A DNA stretch of 64,000 bases from Synechococcus sp. (lineage in GTDB: Bacteria > Cyanobacteriota > Cyanobacteriia > PCC-6307 > Cyanobiaceae): assembly GCA_047285535.1 (NCBI GenBank), contig JBJBDC010000001.1:1632136-1696135 (forward strand). The letters are read 5' to 3'. Below are positions 12,301 through 21,755 of the stretch, one piece after another. Made by a program: the position numbers and the translations under genes. A model generated the notes under the pieces. It was not told where the DNA came from, searched no databases, and worked only from the letters and a program-made list of their open reading frames with translations. Each line of letters starts with the position of its first letter. The stretch's first letter is position 1.

Positions 12301-12537
12301 TCACCAACCCAGGTCTCGTGAGCTTTTAACTCCTGGCAAGAGGATGGAGCGTTCTCGACGCACGGTTGCGGGTGAGACTCCAAGGTCAGTCGCAATTTTG
12401 GTGATCAGTCCCCGTGGCCAAAGATCAGGATGCTGTTCAGCGGCTTCATAGATGGCCTCATCCAAATCAATTTTGGCGAGGCGCTCACGGCGGATGTGCT
12501 CAGCGGTGATGTCGTGGTGAAGAGTTGCTGTGGTCAT
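12301..12537 (-). CDS. Small HTH protein, copy 2
   Basis: One substitution versus 443-679. Confidence 0.6.
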   Translation of the reverse strand: MTTATLHHDITAEHIRRERLAKIDLDEAIYEAAEQHPDLWPRGLITKIATDLGVSPATVRRERSILLPGVKSSRDLGW

Positions 12538-12632
12538 GAATGTCACCGAGTGGGACCTCTTTGGTTTATGCCCGCCGGATGCGGTTTGGAAGATGGGACA
12601 GCCGGCCTGAGAGGTTCGGTTTTGGGACCTTG
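12301..12632. repeat. Repeat A copy 2
   Basis: Direct repeat of 443-774. Confidence 0.95.
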
Positions 12633-13144
12633 CTTGTTGAGTCTAAGGTGAAAACAATCTGCCCCCATTTCTCCTAAGGACACAACCAGCGTCAGGCCCA
12701 GAAATCGTTATTTGTAGGCCTGTCTCCTTAAAAAGTGGGAGCTTTCAAAATCATCTTTCACCTGAATAGGAGATGCTGCAAACAAGACTTGCAATGATGG
12801 TCAGGAGGTCCGCGTTACAACCTCTAAGAACAAATGTCATGACTAGCAGACAGTTCTCAATGGAACCTGCCATAGCTGTCACCGACTGTTCACCGCATGG
12901 CGAGAAGGTTGGGATGGTGCTTCCGTGGACGCAACTCACAAGCCGTGATCTCTCACGATGTCATCCATCACCGATCCACTAACAGGTATCGAGGGACTGG
13001 TAAGGCTTTGGCGATGACATGCTGTCCCATGGCATGCGTGAGCCGAGTGAGCATCTATCTAACACCAGCATTAATCATCACGGCAATCTTAAAGGCATAT
13101 CCTGTTCCAACATTTCTACTGAACTTTCATCCATTCCCACAAGA

Positions 13145-14131
13145 CTAATCAGAATGTGATCTCATGATTTCATCATCTTTAAAGACAGCAGCAGCTTGTC
13201 GTTGTCTATTCACTTGAAGATTAAAAATATCTGGGCGATTATAATGACCAGCTATATCGAGGCTTCGGCGAGAGTTACGCACCTCAGCAAGGTCAATATC
13301 AGCATAGAGAATGCCAACCTCCGAATCTAAAGGGCCAGCAATGATGCTTCCACTAGGGGCAATGATTGAGCTTTTGCCTGGATTGATCTGCTCATCACTA
13401 GCAAAGATCTCCTTGCAGCCTGGGAAATCGGCAGGAACATCAGAACCACGCATAGAGGTGCAACAATTCACGACATAGCAACGGCCTTCGCGAGCAATAT
13501 GTTGCATACTTCCCTGCCAGCCATCACTACTATCCCAGGTAGGCGCAATATAGATTTCAACACCCTGTGAGTAAAGTGCCATTCGAGCAAGCGGCATGTA
13601 ATTCTCCCAACAAATCAGTGCACCAACTCGTCCCACAGGTGTTTCAACAACGCGTAGGCCTTGACCATCGCCAAACCCCCAAACCATTCTTTCTGGGTTC
13701 GTAGGCATTAATTTGCGGTGAACATTCGCATAATTACCATCAATATCTATATGGACATAGGTGTTAAAAAGAGATGTACGACTCTGGGAATTGTCGATCT
13801 CATGGATGCCAATCAGAATGTCAATCTGCTTATGCTTTGCGATGGAGCGCAGAGGCTCTAAATGTGATCCATCGAGATTAACCGCATTCTCAAGCATCAA
13901 TGCATGAATCTCTGAAGATAGGCCCATATCTCCACCAGGCCTCAAGCGCCATATATAGGTTGGATATCCGGGGATAAAAGCCTCAGGCAAGACAACTAAT
14001 TTCGCTCCCTCATGAGTAGCAGCATCAATCAGAGAAACTGCTTTTTCAAGCGTTGCAAGACGATTTCCCAGTACAGGCGGATATTGAATCACCGCAACTT
14101 TTGAAATCATTTGCAGCCTGCCATTCAACAT
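13145..14131 (-). CDS. Nitrilase (carbon-nitrogen hydrolase family)
   Basis: LPEAFIPGYP, HRKLMPT and ICWENYMP catalytic E-K-C motifs; GHYNRPD. Confidence 0.95.
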   Translation of the reverse strand: MLNGRLQMISKVAVIQYPPVLGNRLATLEKAVSLIDAATHEGAKLVVLPEAFIPGYPTYIWRLRPGGDMGLSSEIHALMLENAVNLDGSHLEPLRSIAKHKQIDILIGIHEIDNSQSRTSLFNTYVHIDIDGNYANVHRKLMPTNPERMVWGFGDGQGLRVVETPVGRVGALICWENYMPLARMALYSQGVEIYIAPTWDSSDGWQGSMQHIAREGRCYVVNCCTSMRGSDVPADFPGCKEIFASDEQINPGKSSIIAPSGSIIAGPLDSEVGILYADIDLAEVRNSRRSLDIAGHYNRPDIFNLQVNRQRQAAAVFKDDEIMRSHSD

Positions 14132-14836
14132 CTATGCAAACTGAAGGGTGATCAAAAACTCTGCATGAAGCTAAGGCTAGATTCTAATGAGAGGTTGTCG
14201 TTTTTTTGATGAGGCCTAACTGAGTTTGGACGAGCCTAATCCATCGCCATAGCCATCCAAAAGCAGAACAGTTTGCCAAGAAAGCAAAGCAAAACCGAAA
14301 AATATCAAACGAACGATTGAACTACATCCACATCAATGCTCCCAGAAGGAATGAATATGAGCAACGAGGATGCTGAACCTAGCCTGATCACTGGAGATTA
14401 TATCAATTACTTCTTAAACGCATAGAAAGGGGTGTCAGCACTGAAAACGCTATTGATCAAATGATGACATAACACCTGGCTACTTTTCGACACAGACAGG
14501 TGATCGCAACTTCAAACAATGCTCGCGATTAATGATTGCAAGAGTGGTGACAATGTCAAGCAAAGGCATGATTTTTGCTCTCTACAATATTGACTACGAA
14601 CAAGATTTGCTCGCCAATAGCATTCGCAGGCTAGACAAGGCGCAGAGCGATAAATTCGAGGCTCCTTATGCCCATTTATCATGGTGTAGCTCTAGCTTGG
14701 TATCAATAAACGGAGACGATATGGCTCCATTCATTCAAAGTGATCCAAAGACAGCTTCAGCTTTTCTGACAGTTCATCAGGCACTAAAAAACCCCGCTGA
14801 TGGCGGGGTTAGCGTTACAACCAAACCAGCTGAAGA

Positions 14837-14983
14837 TTAGTCAGACGATGAAGCAAGCTTGGCTGGTGACTGATGCGCAGAGGTGTAATCGATGCCCTCG
14901 GAATGGGCAGCGAAACTGAGCTGAGCATCAAGCAGGCGTTGTGCCTTCAGCTCTTTTTCTTTGATCAGGAGGAGGGTGTTCAT
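14837..14983 (-). CDS. 48-aa peptide downstream of glutamine-II riboswitch
   Basis: MNTLLLIKEKELKAQRLLDAQL..., identical at 37094-37240; followed by a terminator. Confidence 0.7.
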   Translation of the reverse strand: MNTLLLIKEKELKAQRLLDAQLSFAAHSEGIDYTSAHQSPAKLASSSD

Positions 14984-15001
14984 GGGAACGACCGACAGCG
15001 C

Positions 15002-15057
15002 CTCAAACCCCGTTGCTTGTTTGAGATCGAACTGCGTCCCTTTTAAGGGACCAACGT
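15002..15057 (-). promoter_or_regulatory. Glutamine-II (Downstream-peptide) riboswitch
   Basis: CGTTG..GTCCC-TTAAAA-GGGAC-GCAGT..CTCAAAC..GCAACG..GTTTGAG: P1 CGTTG/CAACG, P2 hairpin and CTCAAAC/GTTTGAG pseudoknot, just before a short ORF. Confidence 0.8.
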
Positions 15058-15149
15058 GAAACAAGTTTAAGGGACGTTTGCAGATTCTCGAGAGTAGGAA
15101 CCGAATCCTGACTGGCGAAACAACCGAACTCAATCCCAATCAGCTCTCT

Positions 15150-15480
15150 GATGCAGAGCGAACTCCGCTTGGGAGGAGACAACCCTCACAGCTTGTGCAA
15201 CTGCGACAGAGCACCAAGTACCGCACCAGAGTTGTTTTGCGCCAAACCCATGCGTGCACTCTCCATCAATCGATCAATGAATGGCCTGGGCAACCAAGTC
15301 AGTCCTTTCAACATTGCATAGAGCAATGTCCTCTCGAATCAAGGCATCAGCCTGTGGGAAAGTCCGTTGTGCAGTACGGCGAATCAGCCCCTTTGATTCC
15401 AGTCGCTGCGTCACCACTCCCGGGCAGCTGTAACCCACTAAGAGCGTGGCGTGCGCTTGGTTGACCCGATCGAAAACCTC
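15150..15480 (-). pseudogene. Degraded small island protein (…ADALIREDI…LVAQAIH…GAV…)
   Basis: Broken frames; second copy at ~37410-37622. Confidence 0.45.
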
Positions 15481-15599
15481 CAGTCGATGAACCATCAAAG
15501 AACCTCCAAGCATTGCAAGGCTGCCATCAGCGTTTTGCTTCTTGCTTGATCCAAGTCCAACTCAGCAAGAGCAGCCCAAAGACGAGACCGATAGTCCTT

Positions 15600-15761
15600 A
15601 GAGAGCTGCGTGATGCTGGTGAGCGGCTAGAGGCTGGTGCTTGAAGAGATCAAGGCATAGTCGGCAACACCGGCAACGTTGATTTCAGTTGCACTGGCGG
15701 CGTCAGGCGCCAAAAAGATCAGGGCAGGCGAAGCACCCAGCATGTGCTGGAAAAACTTCAT
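15600..15761 (-). pseudogene. N-terminal fragment of a Som/iron-uptake-type cyanobacterial porin
   Basis: MKFFQHMLGASPALIFLAPDAASATEINVAGVADYA, then a stop and TSITQLS; resembles a porin signal peptide and pre-SLH region. Confidence 0.6.
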
Positions 15762-15775
15762 TGGTCGTTAGGAAT

Positions 15776-15803
15776 AAAAAACCCAGAGATGATCTCTGGG
15801 TTT
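15776..15803 (-). terminator. Intrinsic terminator after hupE
   Basis: AAACCCAGAGA/TCTCTGGGTTT hairpin with T-tail on the minus strand. Confidence 0.7.
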
Positions 15804-15827
15804 GAACGTTTGAGGAAATTCTTTGGA

Positions 15828-16463
15828 TCAGTCGATCAGGGCGACCCAGGCAAAGGCCATGCCGATACCGATCCAGATGCCGGCACCAAGCCTTTGCCCC
15901 TGGGCACCAATCAACTCCAGCAGGGACTTGGAGCCGCTGGTCGTCACGAGAAGCAAGGCTCCCTGACCGATGAGCAGCCCTAGGAAATAGGTCAGCAAAG
16001 GAGTAGGTTCGGCACCCACGATCGTGCTGCCCAGAAGAAAACCGTGCAGGCCCACCAGCGGCAGCAACCAGGTGGTGGATGTCACGGTGAGAGCCATCAA
16101 ACCCTCCACAGCGAGGGTGAGAGACACCAGCGCCTCAGCCCAGGGAGCAAAAGCATCCGACAGGGGAATGAACTGAGACAGGACGCTCCCGCCCAGACCG
16201 GCAGCCAGCAGAGGAATCACCCAGGCACGTGGGCGCTGCAAGCCGATGAATGCAATCGCCAGCAGAAACAGAAGATGGTCGGGGCCCAACAGCGGGTGAC
16301 CGATCCCACTCAGGAAACCCTGCAGAGCGGTGAGGTCTGTGCTGTCTCCCATCCCGAAGGGGTGATGGGCGTGGGCAGGGCTCAACAGGGAAGCGGCCAC
16401 CAATCCCATGGTGGTCATCACACCAGCCTGCAAAAGGGAGCTGGACTTGGACAAAGAGTTCAT
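15828..16463 (-). CDS. hupE: HupE/UreJ family Ni/Co transporter
   Basis: AHAHH signal end, GFLSGIGHPLLGPDHLL, LHG motif. Confidence 0.92.
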   Translation of the reverse strand: MNSLSKSSSLLQAGVMTTMGLVAASLLSPAHAHHPFGMGDSTDLTALQGFLSGIGHPLLGPDHLLFLLAIAFIGLQRPRAWVIPLLAAGLGGSVLSQFIPLSDAFAPWAEALVSLTLAVEGLMALTVTSTTWLLPLVGLHGFLLGSTIVGAEPTPLLTYFLGLLIGQGALLLVTTSGSKSLLELIGAQGQRLGAGIWIGIGMAFAWVALID

Positions 16464-16484
16464 GCGATCCGCGTCGTAAAAAAT

Positions 16485-16603
16485 CCTGGCGGGCGTTCTG
16501 ACTGACGTCGGCTGGGCCGGCGCTTCACAGCTGCGGGACAGCGAAGGATTCTCACCTTTCTTTCCCCGTTTCCATCAGTGGCTGATCCCCACTGAAACCA
16601 GTT
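16485..16603 (-). promoter_or_regulatory. Cobalamin riboswitch
   Basis: GGTT…AAACGGGGAA…GGTGAGAATCC…GCTGTCCCGCAGCTGTGA…AGTCAGAACGCCCGCC B12-box upstream of hupE. Confidence 0.9.
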
Positions 16604-16979
16604 CACGCACATTACATAGGGCTGAGTTCGAAAAGACAAGATTCTCCTGATTGGGTACCCAACAAAAAGAATGTTCTGTAAAGAGAGTTTCCTCGGAATT
16701 TCTCAGCGTTAGTGGTTAGGCCCAGCCTTTTACTGACTGTGATTCGAGACATGCCGCAACATCAGCCATGTCATCAGTGAAGCATTGGAACCGAAAGCAG
16801 CCATCCACTATTGGTCTCCTTCAAACTGGTGGGCCACCTCTGGCAGGTACTGGACGATAACGGCAAAATGCCATCCGATATCTGGCACTCTTTAAGAGTT
16901 AGCCCCGCCACGAGCGGTTTTTTTGTCAGAGAGTTTTGAGTTTACTGTCGTGGCCAAGTGTCAGGAGAATCTCTGGTGC

Positions 16980-17777
16980 TCAACCAAAATCAGGTTTCGC
17001 TTCAAACCAAACTTCGGTCTCAGTATTTGGCAACACATTCCCTTCCGGAAAAGGTTCTCTGCTGTGAAACTCAAGATAACCAGGGGGCGCAAGGAAAGAT
17101 GCAAAAAAGACATTAACGAAAGAGCCATCATCGAGCGCAAATTGAAAACCATCTCCTGAAAGCTGCGCCTCAGGCTCTAGTTTGTTGCCATTCCCTACTC
17201 TAATCAGATTGTCTCCTTCAAATGGAGAATTTCCGGGAATTGATTCCCCTGCAGGGAATAATCCTGTGATGTTTTCATGATTGTGTTGGCCACGAATCGA
17301 GACGATTTCATGCCAACCATCTCCATCCTGGTCATAGTCCGTAAAGAGGGTCCCTTCAGCACGAATCTCTTCTCCGAACTCATTCTCGCCATCTGAGCGA
17401 TATTCCCACTCCCATTCGAGTAGGCTGTCTCGCATTTTTGATGGGCGTTTGATTGATTTTGAATGTACTTCTTTGCCGAATAATCGGTTTTGAATTTTGC
17501 CAAGTTGCTCTGTCCTTGGCTGATCATCAAGTAAGCCAACCAGTTGTTCATGACGGATGTCATGGAAATCATCAACCGTCTGCACTGCAGGCTTTCTTTT
17601 CATTCTTGCTGAGGTCTGGGGCCTATTTGCCTCCAGTCGATTGATCAAGACGTCCGTGTCATTTGATTCAATGCTACTTTCAAGTGAGATTGATCTTCCA
17701 CTCGGCTCATCATATCGGACCCAAGCCATCCGATGGGCTCTTGCTTTGTACCAGTGCAGCAATAAAGAAAGATTCAA
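16980..17777 (-). CDS. Hypothetical protein (acidic, beta-rich C-terminal domain)
   Basis: 265-aa ORF; WEWEY…GTLFTD…ITGLFPAGESIPGN…DNL; true start probably further in. Confidence 0.6.
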   Translation of the reverse strand: MNLSLLLHWYKARAHRMAWVRYDEPSGRSISLESSIESNDTDVLINRLEANRPQTSARMKRKPAVQTVDDFHDIRHEQLVGLLDDQPRTEQLGKIQNRLFGKEVHSKSIKRPSKMRDSLLEWEWEYRSDGENEFGEEIRAEGTLFTDYDQDGDGWHEIVSIRGQHNHENITGLFPAGESIPGNSPFEGDNLIRVGNGNKLEPEAQLSGDGFQFALDDGSFVNVFFASFLAPPGYLEFHSREPFPEGNVLPNTETEVWFEAKPDFG

Positions 17778-17877
17778 TAATCCAGGCCAAGAGGAGTTAT
17801 TTTACATCCCCTCGCTTTATGGCGGAGTTTTTTATTGCTGAGGGGAATGCTTTAAGTAGTTAACTTAACCCAATACC

Positions 17878-18035
17878 TCTCGACACTCATCAGATGACGC
17901 TGGCTCTACTGCAAGAGCTATTGATGGCACTCAGGGCTAATGACGTTATGGATACAAGTCTTGACTTGCACTCGGCATTGAACAGCTTGGACGGGAGGTG
18001 GCTGGTGAAGTTGCGCCTGAGTGGATGGTGGCTTC
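17878..18035 (+). repeat. Diverged third copy of repeat C
   Basis: CTCGACACTCA…ACGCTGGCT…GATGGCACTCAGGGCTAATGA…GAGTGGATGGTG matches 25897-26050. Confidence 0.7.
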
Positions 18036-18120
18036 CCAGGCGAATAGAATGCTTTTTTATCAAAACATAACCTAATTAGAGGCTATCAAGGATTAGCCAG
18101 ATATCAGACTTGTGTTTTGA

Positions 18121-18460
18121 TTAGTCGTTCAATTCAAGGAGTGTAGTGCTTGGCTTGTATATTGCTTCATGCATCTCCTCTGCTAGCTGCCTAATGGCAA
18201 TTAGCATTTTGCTGTCTGTTTCAGCCTGCTGTTCAGCAATATTACTGTGAATATTGTGTCCATCAATGATGATTGGCAGAAGTGCAAGTTGGAGAAAAGT
18301 ATGTGCCACCCAGGAGACGATCTTCAAGAGGGTCTTGCGAAGCCAATGCTTCAGGCAAAGAGATTAATGCAAGGGAACAGAATGCATAAGCACACCACAT
18401 CGTGCCAACCTTCTCTGTAACCCAAAGAGCTATTCGTTTGTTGAAAATCTTTAGTCTCAT
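18121..18460 (-). pseudogene. Frameshifted small membrane protein (DUF1003-like)
   Basis: VGTMWCAYAF…SQDPL continues as KIVSWVAHTFLQLALLPII in another frame at ~18325. Confidence 0.6.
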
Positions 18461-18682
18461 TGGCTTGTTTTGGCAATACTCGACTAAAGATTATGCGATA
18501 GGTTGACTTCCTAATGTATTTATGGCTTCTAAAATTCATGAGGGAGATCTGCCATGAGCGGGTTTTTTTATTGCCTGCTTTTTTATTGCCTACTGATTAG
18601 CAACAAAGCCGAAACTGACCACTGCAGCTGGCCCCTACGGGAGAAGTAGCGCATTGTGAGGCTCTCATCAAGCTCTCAGTCA

Positions 18683-19702
18683 ATGCAGCGTTCCCTGCGC
18701 CTGTCGTTATCGCTGAGCGGAGCTGCTGCACTGGCACTTGCTGGCACACCTCTTCAACCAGTGGCTGCTCAAGAGGACGGCAGTGCAGAGGATCTCGGTG
18801 ATGTGATGAGCATCAGCCTGAAGGATGTGGTTAAGCCCAACCTTGGCTTCCAAGGTGCACTGCAAGGAGCAGGCACACCGAATCAGGCAGGCATTGGTGG
18901 GTTCTTGCCGCTGTCTGTTGGCGAGAACAGTGTGTTCTTTGCTGATGTCCTGCTCAACGCCAACTTTGCTGATTACCCCAATTACAGCAGCATCGTCTCC
19001 ACCGATGTGGCTGGCACCACCATCAGCACTTCAACGCGCCTTGGCTATCGCTGGCTCAATGGTGACCGCAGCTGGATGTATGGGCTGAATGCTGGTTATG
19101 ACAGCCGCCCAATGAACACAGGTGGAACGGATACTGGGATCAATGTCAGCGGCACAGAGAAGAGTGTGTTCTTCCAGCAGGTGGCAGTCAATGCTGAGGC
19201 TGTTTCCAATGATTGGAACTTCAATGCTTATGCCTTAGTTCCTATTGGAGATACCGCGCAGCGACTGAATAACTTCTATGTGGGCGGGGCACTCGACACC
19301 TATGGTCTGGATGTTGGCTATTTCATCACACCACAACTGAATGCATCGATTGGTTATTACTATCAACAAGATGAGGTTGTATCAGATTCAGGTGTGCTTG
19401 GGCGAGTTGCCTACGAAATCAGCAGTGGCTTAACAGCAGGGGTCAACATCTCCTATGACAACAAATACGAGACAAGAGTTTCAGCAGATCTAAAAGTTCG
19501 CTTTAGCGGGCCTAGCACAACAGCAGCCAAGAAGAAAAAATGGAAGAATCCAACGATTAATGCTCTGACAGCATCACCCAAGAATAGAGATGTACGCGTT
19601 CACGATGGATGCAAAACCAAAGACGGTAATTTTGGTTACTGCATTAATCCACCTCCTTGCAATACACCATTCGCTACAGCTAAATGTGGTAAACCTGAAT
19701 GA
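18683..19702 (+). CDS. Inverse-autotransporter (intimin/invasin-like) beta-barrel with short Cys-rich C-terminal tail
   Basis: Signal peptide; STRLGYRWL, WMYGLNAGYD, FFQQV, NAY, GVLGRVAYEI strands; 31-aa 4-Cys tail after NRDVRVHD. Confidence 0.75.
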   Translation: MQRSLRLSLSLSGAAALALAGTPLQPVAAQEDGSAEDLGDVMSISLKDVVKPNLGFQGALQGAGTPNQAGIGGFLPLSVGENSVFFADVLLNANFADYPNYSSIVSTDVAGTTISTSTRLGYRWLNGDRSWMYGLNAGYDSRPMNTGGTDTGINVSGTEKSVFFQQVAVNAEAVSNDWNFNAYALVPIGDTAQRLNNFYVGGALDTYGLDVGYFITPQLNASIGYYYQQDEVVSDSGVLGRVAYEISSGLTAGVNISYDNKYETRVSADLKVRFSGPSTTAAKKKKWKNPTINALTASPKNRDVRVHDGCKTKDGNFGYCINPPPCNTPFATAKCGKPE

Positions 19703-20043
19703 AACACCTGCCATGTGGTGTCGCAGACGAGCCATCAACTCGACATTGATCTGAGTCAATATTGGCCCAATGCAAGCGGACGATTGGTGAGTTGCACTCC
19801 TCAAAGAGAAAGCGTATGCAAGTCTGGTCTTTAAAATATTGCCGACGCTTGCTTGGCTTGAGTGAGTACAGCCAGCAAAAAATCACGCCTCAAGCCTTTG
19901 GTAATCAAAAGCTGACTGCTATTGCATCTAAGCGTGATGTGAAAGGAGTGGCCTGCTGGCAGATAGCTCGTTTGACTTGCCATGTCCTGACAAAGGTTCT
20001 ATGCCATTATTAGCAGGATGCTGATAATGAATTTCAAAACAAG

Positions 20044-20325
20044 ATGGTAAGTGGCACCAAACGTTTTAAGCAGCATCACCATGTTGTTTTTACTGAACTT
20101 GATGGAGAAGTTGCTTTATTCCAAAGCAACACCTGCGACTATCTTATTCTTAATGAAACAGGTTCAGCTATTTGGAATGCCCTAAAGATACAGCCAACAC
20201 TGCCTGAACTCTGCAAGTATTTGGAGGAGGAGTATGAAGTCACTCAAGACGAATGCAAGACCTCTGTTGAAGCTTGGCTGGAAGCTGCTCTAGAGAAGAA
20301 GGTGGTTACCATAATTGATAGCTAA
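20044..20325 (+). CDS. PqqD-family protein / RiPP recognition element
   Basis: ELDGEVAL…YLILNETGSAIWNAL…L…LEEEYEV…C…V…L PqqD pattern, 93 aa. Confidence 0.9.
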   Translation: MVSGTKRFKQHHHVVFTELDGEVALFQSNTCDYLILNETGSAIWNALKIQPTLPELCKYLEEEYEVTQDECKTSVEAWLEAALEKKVVTIIDS

Positions 20326-20329
20326 ACAG

Positions 20330-20902
20330 TCAAAAGGAAAACAGTGTCTTGATATGTCTAGCCCAAACCTCACCGCCAAGCCGATTGCCTCCCAACATTC
20401 GAAAGCCAAGGCGTGAGAAATAACGCCGCATAAATGCTTTCTGTAAGCCAGGATTAATGTTTTCAGACAGTAATACTTTTGCTCGATGATCACGTTTCTC
20501 TGTAGCACGATCAAACCCTTGAAGGAATGTCCTAAGGAGCTGATTTGCTAAACGTGGCTGTCGAGCTGCTGGTTTTATATACATCCTTTGAAAGTAGGCA
20601 TGGCTTCCTAAATCGAGTGAATCATCGATCTCTCGAAATACAACAAAAACAATTCCATTAATCACTCCTAATTCATCTCGTGAGATTGCTCCTGGCTGGC
20701 GAGATATGATTTTTTTAGGCCTATCCATTTGCTCTAAACCAGGGCCTTGGCCTAGTGCAACCCTGAATGATCGCAATTCTTCTTGGTATGCCTTGCCATG
20801 CTGCTTCCAGAATGCTCTCAACTCACGTTTGAGTTGATCATTCATTTCTCCAAATACAAATTCAATTCGAGGTTCAGTCAAGTTCTGGCCCTTCGTATTC
20901 AA
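20330..20902 (-). CDS. Hypothetical protein, possibly GNAT fold
   Basis: YFQRMYIKPAARQPRLANQLL…RYFSRLGF resembles the acyl-CoA-binding motif; overlaps sulfotransferase stop. Confidence 0.6.
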   Translation of the reverse strand: MNTKGQNLTEPRIEFVFGEMNDQLKRELRAFWKQHGKAYQEELRSFRVALGQGPGLEQMDRPKKIISRQPGAISRDELGVINGIVFVVFREIDDSLDLGSHAYFQRMYIKPAARQPRLANQLLRTFLQGFDRATEKRDHRAKVLLSENINPGLQKAFMRRYFSRLGFRMLGGNRLGGEVWARHIKTLFSF

Positions 20903-21755
20903 AGCGCTTCATCACCTCAGACAACCCATTTGCCAGTCGTTTTCGCTGCTCACTTGAAAGCTGCTCTGCTCCTTCTCCTGTGCGCCCTGAGCGAAAGAAT
21001 CGTTCACAATCTGCAGGTTTTTCGTCAAAGCCATCAACATCTTCTTCAAGTTTCTTGAGTTTCTCAATGGAGGTATTTTCCAGTGCTTGATCAATCAGAT
21101 CAGCGTCGTCCGGAAGTCCCAAAAATGTTGCTAATTTAGTGAATGTTTCCGATCCGTTTGCCAACATATCCTCATAGCGCATGATCAAGACTGGTAGCTG
21201 AGTTTGATCAGCCCATGAGCGCACATGTTGATCCCAGCGGCCCATGTGTTGGCGTACTTGATGGCCGCCAAAGCGCTCCCCTGGCACGAGCGCTGCACTC
21301 GGGTCTAGTAAGGAATCAACGCATCGATCCAGCGGCCATGAGAAGAAGTGACTGAGTGATACGGCCACATCTTCTGGATGGCGCAGGATATAAACAACTC
21401 CAGAGCAACCAGTAGTACTCACCACCGGGCGTCCACGGGAATCAGGCGACTGGAATGCATCATGCACTTTGTGAAAGCGCTCTCCTTCTGCAAATAGCCA
21501 TGCACTGGCACCAGCATGTCCGCGCAAGGGATCAAGTTCACTAAAACTTAGATCACAACTATTGATTCCTAATTGATCGTCCAGCCAAAGCCTGGACGAG
21601 GCAATTGCACCAGTTTCAATATCTTGATTAAGGTTGAGTTCTTCTCCAGGATTGTCTCCTGCCAGTCTCATCAATTCAGTAATAAAAACCCTGCACCAGG
21701 TGTTGCCTGATTTGGGATACGAGGCCAGATACCAGTAGCCGTGATCTTCAGTCAT
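20874..21755 (-). CDS. PAPS-dependent sulfotransferase
   Basis: ASYPKSGNTW (5'-PSB), YILRHPEDVAVS (3'-PB), RYEDM, FFRSGRTG. Confidence 0.93.
   Translation of the reverse strand: MTEDHGYWYLASYPKSGNTWCRVFITELMRLAGDNPGEELNLNQDIETGAIASSRLWLDDQLGINSCDLSFSELDPLRGHAGASAWLFAEGERFHKVHDAFQSPDSRGRPVVSTTGCSGVVYILRHPEDVAVSLSHFFSWPLDRCVDSLLDPSAALVPGERFGGHQVRQHMGRWDQHVRSWADQTQLPVLIMRYEDMLANGSETFTKLATFLGLPDDADLIDQALENTSIEKLKKLEEDVDGFDEKPADCERFFRSGRTGEGAEQLSSEQRKRLANGLSEVMKRFEYEGPELD

Larger units (their letters stand above)
14764..15355. repeat. Repeat B copy 1 (~590 bp; direct repeat of 37021-37608, diverged partial copy at 34356-34690)
   Basis: Near-identical sequence over terminator, peptide ORF, riboswitch and an upstream gene remnant. 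Confidence 0.95.

Noticed and set aside
19541..19702. Barrel tail as a true lasso core
   Set aside because: No Asp/Glu at position 7-9 after a plausible Thr(-2) cleavage site and no cyclase, so only a leader-like motif is claimed.
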